Assembly (NCBI GenBank): GCA_035559535.1
Contig: DATMBG010000044.1
Location: 186,001-237,071, forward strand
Reading direction: 5' to 3'
From: Candidatus Limnocylindrales bacterium
GTDB taxonomy: Bacteria; Moduliflexota; Moduliflexia; Moduliflexales; JAUQPW01
Length of the DNA stretch: 51,071 bases
Of this stretch, positions 28,072 to 36,627 are shown in pieces. Under the pieces are notes generated by a model. That model ran no database searches and was not told the DNA's origin. It saw nothing but the letters and a program-made list of their open reading frames with translations. Every line of letters begins with the position of its first letter. Position 1 is the stretch's first letter. A program made the position numbers and the translations under genes.

Positions 28072-30066
28072 TTAAGGGGGGGCAATAAGCCACAGGCCAC
28101 TTCTATTTTGCCAGACCGCAATATCCGCCTTTCCATCTCCATCAAAATCTGCCGGAACCGGGGTATCGCCCTCCTGGCCCCATTTTATCACACGGGAACC
28201 GCCACTTGAAAAGAGGAGATACCAGTTTCCCTCTGCAGGCCGCCATACGGCTATATCGGCCTTCCCATCTCCATCAAAATCTGCAGGGACCGGTACATCT
28301 TGAGAAAAACCCCAGGAGATTACGTGGAAACCACCTCCTGAGAAGAGGAGATACCAGTTTCCCTCTGCAGGCCGCCATACGGCTATATCGGCCTTCCCAT
28401 CTCCATCAAAATCTGCAGGGACCGGAATATCTCCCGGAAGCCCCCATCGAACCCTTCTGGAACTGTTTTGTGCTGAATACCCTGGATTACCGGAAGGTTG
28501 AATCACCCATTCCCCTCGAAGGGGTCTAAAGACGGCCAGATCCGTGATTTTATCCCCATCGTAGTCCTTCGGAACCGGGACATCCAGGGAATTTCCAAAT
28601 TTTTGTATGAAGACGCCATCCCGAGATTTTTGAATAAGCCAGGTTCTACGGGAAGGTCGAAAAACAGCCAGGTCTGCATGACCGTCCCCATCGTAATCAC
28701 CCGGGACGGGTTGATCTCCCTGCAAACCCCAGGATTGGACAATAGGAGCCGTCGGTGGGTTATTTTTACTTGGTAAAATGTACCAGATGCCATTACTCGG
28801 TCGCCATACAGCTATATCGGCTTGATTATCCCCGTCGTAATCTTTAGGGACCGGGGTATCTCCAAAAATTCCCCAATTTACAGAACTTGGAGTGGGGGTA
28901 GGCGTTGGGAGGGGGGGCGGAGTGATCGAAACAAACTTATAGATTTTCCCATCGAAAGCACAAACATATAACTCGTTCCGTTTATCCACTCCAAAGGAAG
29001 CAATATTCAGCCCGCTGTTCAATAACAACGTGTTCACGGGCGGATTAACTCCGTCATAACTCAACGTCCAGATTCTTCCAGAAATATAATCCCCATAAAC
29101 ATATTTTCCATAAAGCTCAGGAACCCCCGTTCCCCGGTAAACATACCCTCCGGTAACCGAATCACCTCCGTTGCTATCATGGCCATATTCCCATATGGGA
29201 AGGGTAAGACCAGAAGTGTCACAACCGGAAGGAGGATCATAACAGTGATTTCCTTCCATAATTCGCCAACCATAATTCTTTCCCTTTTCTATAAGATCAA
29301 TCTCTTCCCATAAATTCTGACCTACATCTCCTGCCCATAGCCATTTTGTAACAGGATCGAAACTAAATCTCCAAGGATTTCGTAGTCCATAAGCATAAAT
29401 CTCCTCTTTATAACCCGAGGTGTTCCCCACAAAAGGATTATCAGGGGGGATGGCATAGTTATTACCACCTGAAGTCTTATTTACATCGATCCGCAGGAGT
29501 TTACCCAGTAAAACCGATCTATTTTGGGCGTTATTTTGAGGATCCCCGGCAGAACCGCCGTCCCCCAGACCAATATACAAATAACCATCCGGTCCAAAAG
29601 CAAGCTGGCCCCCGTTATGATTAGGGTAGGGTTGAAGAACTTCAAGCAAAACAACCTCGCTGTTTTTATCAGCAGAATCCGGGTCCGTAGAACTGACCAT
29701 GTATCGTGCAATTACAGAACGAAGTGGATTCGGTGCGGTATAATTCACATAAAAGTAGCCGTTGTTTTTGTAATTGGGATGAAAGGCCAGTCCCAGTAAT
29801 CCCAATTCACCTCCACTGATGACCCGGGCGCTGATGTCTAAAAAAACTTTTGCCGAAGTGACCGAGGGGGAGTTATTGAAGACGTAAATAACACCAGACT
29901 GGGTCACAACAAATATTCGATCGGTTCCATCTCCTGGGTGTTGTAAATCCAGAGGATTGTTAAAGGAAAGGTTGGGGAAGGCCGGTTGGAGTGAAACCTG
30001 CGCCTCAGAACGGGGTACTATAACAAGGAAAAGAAAGGAGAATATGAAAAAATTTAAGCGTTTCAT
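28072..30066 (-). CDS. PQQ-dependent sugar dehydrogenase (GSDH family) with Pro/Thr linker and FG-GAP/VCBS repeats
   Basis: ELGLLGLAFHP, NHNGGQLAFGPDGYLY..GDGG, GKLLRID, YAYGLRNPWR, DVGQ..EEID; PPPLPTPTPTP linker; six D(Y/F)DGD repeats. Confidence 0.92.
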   Translation of the reverse strand: MKRLNFFIFSFLFLVIVPRSEAQVSLQPAFPNLSFNNPLDLQHPGDGTDRIFVVTQSGVIYVFNNSPSVTSAKVFLDISARVISGGELGLLGLAFHPNYKNNGYFYVNYTAPNPLRSVIARYMVSSTDPDSADKNSEVVLLEVLQPYPNHNGGQLAFGPDGYLYIGLGDGGSAGDPQNNAQNRSVLLGKLLRIDVNKTSGGNNYAIPPDNPFVGNTSGYKEEIYAYGLRNPWRFSFDPVTKWLWAGDVGQNLWEEIDLIEKGKNYGWRIMEGNHCYDPPSGCDTSGLTLPIWEYGHDSNGGDSVTGGYVYRGTGVPELYGKYVYGDYISGRIWTLSYDGVNPPVNTLLLNSGLNIASFGVDKRNELYVCAFDGKIYKFVSITPPPLPTPTPTPSSVNWGIFGDTPVPKDYDGDNQADIAVWRPSNGIWYILPSKNNPPTAPIVQSWGLQGDQPVPGDYDGDGHADLAVFRPSRRTWLIQKSRDGVFIQKFGNSLDVPVPKDYDGDKITDLAVFRPLRGEWVIQPSGNPGYSAQNSSRRVRWGLPGDIPVPADFDGDGKADIAVWRPAEGNWYLLFSGGGFHVISWGFSQDVPVPADFDGDGKADIAVWRPAEGNWYLLFSSGGSRVIKWGQEGDTPVPADFDGDGKADIAVWQNRSGLWLIAPP
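28211..28425. repeat. Identical 83-bp intragenic direct repeat, 132-bp period
   Basis: 28211-28293 equals 28343-28425; encodes duplicated PVPADFDGDGKADIAVWRPAEGNWYLL. Confidence 0.9.
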
Positions 30067-30219
30067 GGTTTCTTCTAAGTAACCGATCATAGCCTTTTGT
30101 AATCAATTTTTGGATGATCCGGTAGGATGGGCTTCAAATCCGCTCCTACCTTTCCACGAAAAGGATGGTAGAAATCCCAAAGTTATTTACGACCGTCGAC
30201 TTAGAGCCACTTCCTTTCG

Positions 30220-32025
30220 TCACGTCCTGCGGAACTTTTTTTCCAGTTCATATACACTGATTTTAAATGTTGTAGGACGACCATGGGGACAGGTATAGGG
30301 AAGCTCTACCTGATCCATCTGGCGGAGCAGAGCAGTTATTTGATCCAGGTTAAGAGGATCATTGGCCCGAACTGCCGCATGGCAGGCCATCACCGTAAGG
30401 ATCTGGTCCATTTTTTTCTCAGGGTCTGGAGCTCTTTCTGGGTCTGCTAACTGATCCACCACATCGGCCAAAAGTTTGGGATAATTAGCTTTCATTAGCA
30501 GTGCAGGAACCGCTTTTAAGATATACGTACTTCCCCCAAAGGGTTCCAATTCTAGACCGTATTTACTTAAAAATCCCAGATGTTCCAACAGAAGATGACT
30601 CTCCCGGTAAGAAAATTCTAGAGTGACCGGAAAAAGTAAGGGTTGGATATCTATCTTAGAGGTTTTCAGCTTTTTTTTAAATTCTTCATAGAGAACCCGT
30701 TCGTGGGCTGCGTGCTGGTCTATCAAAATCAACTCGTCTGAAGTCTGGGCCAGGATGTACGTTTCATGGAACTGCCCGATGGGATGAAGGGTAGAAAAAA
30801 CCCGGCGAGGAGATTCCGAGTCATAGGATTGGATGAGTGCAGGACAGATTTCCCTATCTTCACTTTGCCACTCCTTGCTTTTATCTTCTCTCTCTGGAAT
30901 CGAAGACCAGTCTTCAGAACTCAAAATGGCAGGCCAGGAAGTATTTGAGATTGCCTGTTGAACTGAATCTTCGGCGTGGAGTCGATGGGAGGAGGGAAAT
31001 TCTCCGGGGAAAGACGGTAAGGTAGAGATTTTTAAAGAGTTTCGGAGGGTGTTACGAATGGCATCCACGATAAAATCGTGGACGCCCTTTGGGTCTAAGA
31101 ATCGAACTTCCACCTTAGCAGGATGCACATTGACATCCACCCACTCTGGGGGGATTTGAAGAAATAAAATTGCCACAGGATAGCGCCCTTTGGGTATTAA
31201 GGTTTCATAAGCTTCCTGGATAGCGTGGGAAAGAACTCGATCCCGGATTGGTCTTCGGTTTACAAAAATTTTCTGATAGTTTTTATTAGCCCGATGAAAG
31301 GAGGGAAGGCCCAGGAATCCGGTTAAAACCAGTCGATAGGCTTCTTGATGAACCTCTACCAGTTCCCTGGCAAAGGATCTTCCAAAGATGCTAGCAATCC
31401 GTTCCAAAGGTTGAACCCCTCCGGCTGCCTGGATGGTTTCCCGAGCATTATGAATCAGGGTAAAGCTTATCTCTGGATGGGCTAAGGCTTCATCAATCAC
31501 GACGTCGCTGATATGGCTCAACTCCGTCATGGTACTTTTTAAGAACTTTAAACGGGCCGGGGTGTTATAGAAAAGATCTCGAACTTCCACCGAAGTCCCC
31601 GGGTTGGCTGCAACTTCTTCGACCTTAAGGATCTTGCCACCCTGGACTTCCACCCGAACCCCGGTAAGCATTTCGTTCATTTTTGAGGTCAGGCTAACCT
31701 TTGAAACGGAGGCAATACTCGGCAGGGCTTCTCCTCTAAATCCGAAGGTTTGGATACGAAAAAGATCTTCTAAAGAAGCAACTTTACTGGTAGCGTGGCG
31801 CTCAAAGGCCAATATTGCTTCTTCTGGATTCATACCGTAACCGGTATCGGTTACACGAATATAACCTTGACCACTACCTCGAACTTCGATAATTACACGG
31901 GAAGTCCTGGCATCCAGGGCATTTTCCACTAATTCTTTGACCACCGATGCCGGACGTTCGATCACCTCCCCTGCCGCAATTTGATTGGCAACTTTTTCTG
32001 GAAGTACTTTAATTCGGGAAGACAT
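30220..32025 (-). CDS. mutL: DNA mismatch repair protein MutL
   Basis: NQIAAGEVIERPASVVKELVEN, RHATSK, GFRGEAL, VDVNVHPAK, endonuclease DQHAAHER, ACH, CPHGRP. Confidence 0.97.
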   Translation of the reverse strand: MSSRIKVLPEKVANQIAAGEVIERPASVVKELVENALDARTSRVIIEVRGSGQGYIRVTDTGYGMNPEEAILAFERHATSKVASLEDLFRIQTFGFRGEALPSIASVSKVSLTSKMNEMLTGVRVEVQGGKILKVEEVAANPGTSVEVRDLFYNTPARLKFLKSTMTELSHISDVVIDEALAHPEISFTLIHNARETIQAAGGVQPLERIASIFGRSFARELVEVHQEAYRLVLTGFLGLPSFHRANKNYQKIFVNRRPIRDRVLSHAIQEAYETLIPKGRYPVAILFLQIPPEWVDVNVHPAKVEVRFLDPKGVHDFIVDAIRNTLRNSLKISTLPSFPGEFPSSHRLHAEDSVQQAISNTSWPAILSSEDWSSIPEREDKSKEWQSEDREICPALIQSYDSESPRRVFSTLHPIGQFHETYILAQTSDELILIDQHAAHERVLYEEFKKKLKTSKIDIQPLLFPVTLEFSYRESHLLLEHLGFLSKYGLELEPFGGSTYILKAVPALLMKANYPKLLADVVDQLADPERAPDPEKKMDQILTVMACHAAVRANDPLNLDQITALLRQMDQVELPYTCPHGRPTTFKISVYELEKKFRRT

Positions 32026-32094
32026 AAAACGAGTCAAAGGTCAGAAGCCAGAATTATTCTTAGCTTTTTACTTCTGGCTCCTGATTTCTGACTT

Positions 32095-32433
32095 CTAAAC
32101 AAAGTACTCCCAAGTCAGATAACTTTGGAGAATTTCTCGATCTTCCTCGCTCATTTCTATAAATTCCACGCCTGTCATGAAAACCTTGCCCTTGGCCCGC
32201 ACATTGGTTATTCTTGCCTTACATCTAATCCTGGCTTCCCCTAGCAGCATATCCAGATCCAATATACTATTGGGCTCGAATTTTTCTCTGAGTTCCAATA
32301 GGGCTCCTCCCTTCCCCAAGTCCAGAGTTCGAATTACATTTCCGTCACTGTCTATGGTCCTATCATCGGCATAGTGTCGGTAAGTACCTAAATGAATAGA
32401 ACTAAGCCGGGTATATCTACGCTGCTCTTGCAT
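32095..32433 (-). CDS. PilZ domain protein
   Basis: EQRRYTR (RxxxR), TLDLGKGGA, TGVEFIEM. Confidence 0.8.
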   Translation of the reverse strand: MQEQRRYTRLSSIHLGTYRHYADDRTIDSDGNVIRTLDLGKGGALLELREKFEPNSILDLDMLLGEARIRCKARITNVRAKGKVFMTGVEFIEMSEEDREILQSYLTWEYFV

Positions 32434-32454
32434 AAGACCCTCCTCGTATAGGCC

Positions 32455-32673
32455 TTAATCTCTTAAAACCCTTACCCGTTTGAGTATTTTGCCGTACCGA
32501 TTCAAAGCCCTTCGATACAACATTAAAGCATAGATATTCCTCGATCTGGCAAGGTTTTTAAGTTTCATACACGCCTTCCTGGCCTGTACTATTTCTTTTT
32601 TTTCCTTCGGTGATAAAAACCATCGTTCTTCAGGGGATAACAACCCTAATTCTTCCATACCGATCACCTCCAT
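32455..32673 (-). CDS. Small basic hypothetical protein
   Basis: 72-aa ORF (or start 32658 after GGAGGTG), downstream of a canonical promoter. Confidence 0.55.
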   Translation of the reverse strand: MEVIGMEELGLLSPEERWFLSPKEKKEIVQARKACMKLKNLARSRNIYALMLYRRALNRYGKILKRVRVLRD

Positions 32674-32734
32674 GTCAATTGGGAGAGGTGATACTCTCTT
32701 GAGATTTCCATCCTAAATAAAAGTTTCTTGACTA

Positions 32735-32763
32735 ACTATACAAAATTCCCTATGCTAAGTCAA
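32735..32763 (-). promoter_or_regulatory. Sigma-70 promoter for the hypothetical-PilZ-mutL unit
   Basis: TTGACT-N17-TATAGT on the minus strand. Confidence 0.6.
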
Positions 32764-33184
32764 GCACTTTAGTTGATTTGATCTTTGTATCCCTTTAAAG
32801 AAATTATCTCAAACGGTCCAAACCGAAGCAGGAAGGCATGGCTGAGTTTTCTATCTTAAGGTAGGATGATATTCTGCCTTACTTCCTGGACAGGTTTAAG
32901 GAATAGCGGGTTGAGATTTTTATTCCCGAATCATCCATTGACCTTAACCCTTGAAATAAGAACTGTTTCCCGGACAGTTTCTTAAAGGTATATGAAAGAA
33001 AAATACCCTTCCGCCCCCCCCCCTTGAGGGTTGTGGTGTTAAGTTAAAAACTAAGAAGTAAATTTTTAGCCCTGTTGAACCGATTCCTGGGAGGAAGCTT
33101 TGAGAATTTTTAGAATTTTATAACTATAAACAGGCGGTCTCTACAGGATTTTAGCCTTTAACTTACTATCATGATCCTTGAGGG

Positions 33185-34183
33185 GTGGGGGATGGAGGTT
33201 TAGATAGAGAATTGATTTACCTACAGAAAAAACAGAGAATTGGAAAAGTTATAATTTATTACCTTTTACCTCTTACCCTTTGCCTTCTGCTTTTTGCCTT
33301 TTTGTTGACAGCCGCTGGAGAAGGAAGGTGGGAGAAAAAGGCTCCCCTTTTAACCCCTCGAACAGAAGTAGCGGCAGTGGCTATAAATGGAAAAATTTAT
33401 GTGATTGGAGGACTTAGTTCGAGAGGTACTACGGGAGTTGTAGAAGTTTACGATCCGGCTACAGATAAATGGCAGCGGAAAACCCCCTTGCCGGTACCCT
33501 TACACCATGTCGGAATTGGAGTAGTTCTGGGAAAACTTTATGTAGTTGGTGGATTTAAAGAAGATTGGAAACCCGTTAACACCAACTGGATGTATGACCC
33601 AAGCCTGGATAGATGGGAAGCCAAGGCTCCCATGCCAACGGCCCGTGGAGCCTTAAGTGTAGGAGTAATAGCCGATAAACTCCATGCGGTAGGGGGAGTT
33701 GGAAGTGAGGGAGATTTAGCCACCCATGAGGTCTATGATCCTTCAAAAGACGCCTGGGAATCCAGGAAACCCATGCCCACAGCCCGGGATCATCTGGCGG
33801 TAGGTGTAGTTAAAAATAAGCTATATGCCATTGGAGGAAGGGTCGCAGGTTATGCCCACAATATCTCTACCAACGAGGAATACGATCCTGTCACAGATAC
33901 CTGGTCTACTAAAGCTCCTCTCCCCACGGCCCGAAGTGGAATTGCCGGGGCTGTTTTAAATGATAAAATTTATGTGTTCGGCGGAGAAGCCCCTTCCGGA
34001 ACCTTTAACCAGAATGAAGCTTATGATCCTCTGAAAGACCAATGGACCTCGTTAGCTCCCATGCCAACTCCTCGACACGGTTTGGGTGCGGTTGTTGTGA
34101 ATGGGCAAATCTATGTTCTTGGAGGGGGAACCCGACCCGGTGCTTATGTCAGTGATCTGAATGAGGTTTTCAGACCAGAATAA
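33185..34183 (+). CDS. Kelch-repeat beta-propeller, probably exported
   Basis: Six YV.GG...E.YDP..D.W...APMPT.R repeats; start uncertain. Confidence 0.9.
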   Translation: MGDGGLDRELIYLQKKQRIGKVIIYYLLPLTLCLLLFAFLLTAAGEGRWEKKAPLLTPRTEVAAVAINGKIYVIGGLSSRGTTGVVEVYDPATDKWQRKTPLPVPLHHVGIGVVLGKLYVVGGFKEDWKPVNTNWMYDPSLDRWEAKAPMPTARGALSVGVIADKLHAVGGVGSEGDLATHEVYDPSKDAWESRKPMPTARDHLAVGVVKNKLYAIGGRVAGYAHNISTNEEYDPVTDTWSTKAPLPTARSGIAGAVLNDKIYVFGGEAPSGTFNQNEAYDPLKDQWTSLAPMPTPRHGLGAVVVNGQIYVLGGGTRPGAYVSDLNEVFRPE

Positions 34184-34284
34184 ATAGAGCTGCCGACTAA
34201 AGAAAACCTCATTTCCTTTGAGGAACCGGACATAATCTTTGAAAAGGTCGTTAAATTTATTTACTTTCTCGAGATGAAACTTTC

Positions 34285-34312
34285 TTGACAAGCGGAAAAG
34301 TTTGTATAAAAT
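34285..34312 (+). promoter_or_regulatory. Sigma-70 promoter for ftsK
   Basis: TTGACA-N16-TAAAAT, 50 nt upstream of the ATG. Confidence 0.55.
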
Positions 34313-34362
34313 TTGCCTTTAGGGGTAAAAAAATCAAGCAGAGGGGGAAATAGGACTTATTC

Positions 34363-36627
34363 ATGGCCAAGAACAACTCAAAAGGTAAAACCAAGATAAC
34401 CAAATTATCTGTGAAATCTCCTGGGGATAACCGTCATGAGATCCAGGGCGTCTTCTTCCTGGCATTGGCTATATTTTTACTTATCAGCCTCGTCTCCTAT
34501 CATTCCATGGATTCTTCTGGTAACACGGGTAGTTCTGGAGATATTCAGAATTTCGGAGGTTCTATTGGAGCCCAACTCTCCGATTGGCTTCTCCAGTTTT
34601 TTGGCTATGGGGCTTTTCTGATCCCACTGATGCTGACTTACCGGGGGGTTCTTAAATTTAAGCCAACTCCCGAGAATACGGGTACCTCTAATCTGCTGGG
34701 ATCTCTTCTGTTACTGATCTGTTTTTGTTCTTTTCTGTCCCTTCTCAATTTAGACCATCCCGATTCAAACAGGGGATTTCTCATGGGAGGAGTTTTCGGT
34801 CAGTTGGCTTCTCAAATTTTTTTGCCATTTTTTAGTACCCTGGGCACACTCATCCTGGTCCTGACAGGTCTATCGGTGGCCATCGTTCTGGTATTTCCGG
34901 CCTCCTTACTGGATGCCTTGATAAAATCAGGCACACGACTTATGGGGTATTCAGTAACCGCGGTGGAATCCCCTCCACCCCAGGAAATTAATATCCTGGA
35001 TTTGAAATCATCTGAGGTAAAGCCTAGGAAAAAAGAACCGAAAAAGACGTCCCTGGTTAAAAGAGGAATTCAAAAATTATCTGAAACCTTATCGGGAAAA
35101 AGCAAGGAAGTGGAACCTGACTATGTACGCTCGAATCATGGTTATCAGTATCCTCCGCTCAGTATCTTGGAATCACAACCTCAATCCCTTCAACCGGAGT
35201 TGAGACGGGATCTGGTTCATAACTCACGGGTATTAGAAGAGAAACTTTGGAATTTTGGTGTGGAAGGTCAGGTTACCCGGGTCAGTCCCGGACCGGTTAT
35301 CACCCGTTATGAATTTCAACCGGCCTCAGGGGTAAAAATTAACAAGATCGTTAATCTGGCAGACGATCTGGCTTTGGCCCTGAAAGCTATGTCGGTACGT
35401 ATCGTTGCTCCCATTCCGGGAAAAGACGTGGTTGGGATAGAAGTTCCCAATGCGAAACGCGAGATAGTTTATTTGAAGGATATCCTGACTTCCAAAGAGT
35501 TTCGGGAAAGCAAATCCAAATTGACCCTGGCTTTAGGGAAGGATACGGCCGGGGTTCCTTATGTGGCCGATCTTGCCAAGATGCCACATCTTCTCATAGC
35601 CGGGGCAACGGGATCCGGAAAAAGTGTTTGTTTAAACGCCCTCATCTGTAGTCTGCTTTTTAATGCCTCACCCCAGGAGATCCGATTTATTCTGATAGAT
35701 CCTAAAATGCTTGAATTGGGCGTTTATGATGATATTCCTCATTTACTTACTCCCGTGGTAACGAATCCTAAAAAAGCGGCCAGTGCTCTAAACTGGGCCA
35801 CTTTAGAGATGGAACGTCGTTACCGGGTGTTGGCCAAAAAAGGAGTTCGAAATATTGATCAATATAACCAGGCCATAGATGAGGTAGAGGTTACAGGTCG
35901 ACCTCCTTTACTCTTTGGACGAGATAAGGAAAGAGGGGAAGAAAGACTTCCCTATCTGGTCATTGTGATCGATGAACTTGCCGACTTGATGATTACTTCG
36001 GCAGCTGAAGTCGAAGGACCTATTACCCGACTGGCCCAAATGGCTCGGGCGGTTGGAATTCATCTGATCCTGGCAACCCAGAGACCCTCGGTAGATGTTA
36101 TTACCGGAGTTATTAAGGCCAACTTCCCGGCCCGGATCTCCTTCCGGGTTTCCTCCAAGGTAGATTCCCGAACAATCCTGGATACCAATGGAGCCGAGAA
36201 ACTCTTGGGAGATGGAGACATGTTATTTTTGCTCCCGGGCACCTCCCGGATTAAGCGAATCCATGGATCCTACGTGTCGGAGAAGGAAATTAAAAAACTA
36301 ACTACTTTCCTCAAAACCCAAGGAACCCCCCGGTACGATAATTCCATACTTACCCAAAAGCCCCAAGGTGAGACCGAAGAAATCACCGATGATATCTATG
36401 AAAAAGCGGTCAGACTGGTGGTCACCAGTGGAATTGCCTCCATTTCTATGCTTCAACGGAAGCTTAAAGTCGGCCACAGTCGTGCTTCTCGACTGATAGA
36501 TATGATGGAAGCCGATGGGATCGTGGGGCCCTTCGAAGGAAGTAAACCCCGTGCTATTTTGATGACCCCAGAACAGTTAATAGCCCGGTTTGGGGAAGAT
36601 AAGAGCAGTCATGACAGCGAGTACTGA
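34363..36627 (+). CDS. ftsK: DNA translocase FtsK
   Basis: 4-TM N-terminus, GPVITRYE, PHLLIAGATGSGKS, IDELADLM, LATQRPS, gamma domain SISMLQRKLKVG..RA. Confidence 0.97.
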   Translation: MAKNNSKGKTKITKLSVKSPGDNRHEIQGVFFLALAIFLLISLVSYHSMDSSGNTGSSGDIQNFGGSIGAQLSDWLLQFFGYGAFLIPLMLTYRGVLKFKPTPENTGTSNLLGSLLLLICFCSFLSLLNLDHPDSNRGFLMGGVFGQLASQIFLPFFSTLGTLILVLTGLSVAIVLVFPASLLDALIKSGTRLMGYSVTAVESPPPQEINILDLKSSEVKPRKKEPKKTSLVKRGIQKLSETLSGKSKEVEPDYVRSNHGYQYPPLSILESQPQSLQPELRRDLVHNSRVLEEKLWNFGVEGQVTRVSPGPVITRYEFQPASGVKINKIVNLADDLALALKAMSVRIVAPIPGKDVVGIEVPNAKREIVYLKDILTSKEFRESKSKLTLALGKDTAGVPYVADLAKMPHLLIAGATGSGKSVCLNALICSLLFNASPQEIRFILIDPKMLELGVYDDIPHLLTPVVTNPKKAASALNWATLEMERRYRVLAKKGVRNIDQYNQAIDEVEVTGRPPLLFGRDKERGEERLPYLVIVIDELADLMITSAAEVEGPITRLAQMARAVGIHLILATQRPSVDVITGVIKANFPARISFRVSSKVDSRTILDTNGAEKLLGDGDMLFLLPGTSRIKRIHGSYVSEKEIKKLTTFLKTQGTPRYDNSILTQKPQGETEEITDDIYEKAVRLVVTSGIASISMLQRKLKVGHSRASRLIDMMEADGIVGPFEGSKPRAILMTPEQLIARFGEDKSSHDSEY

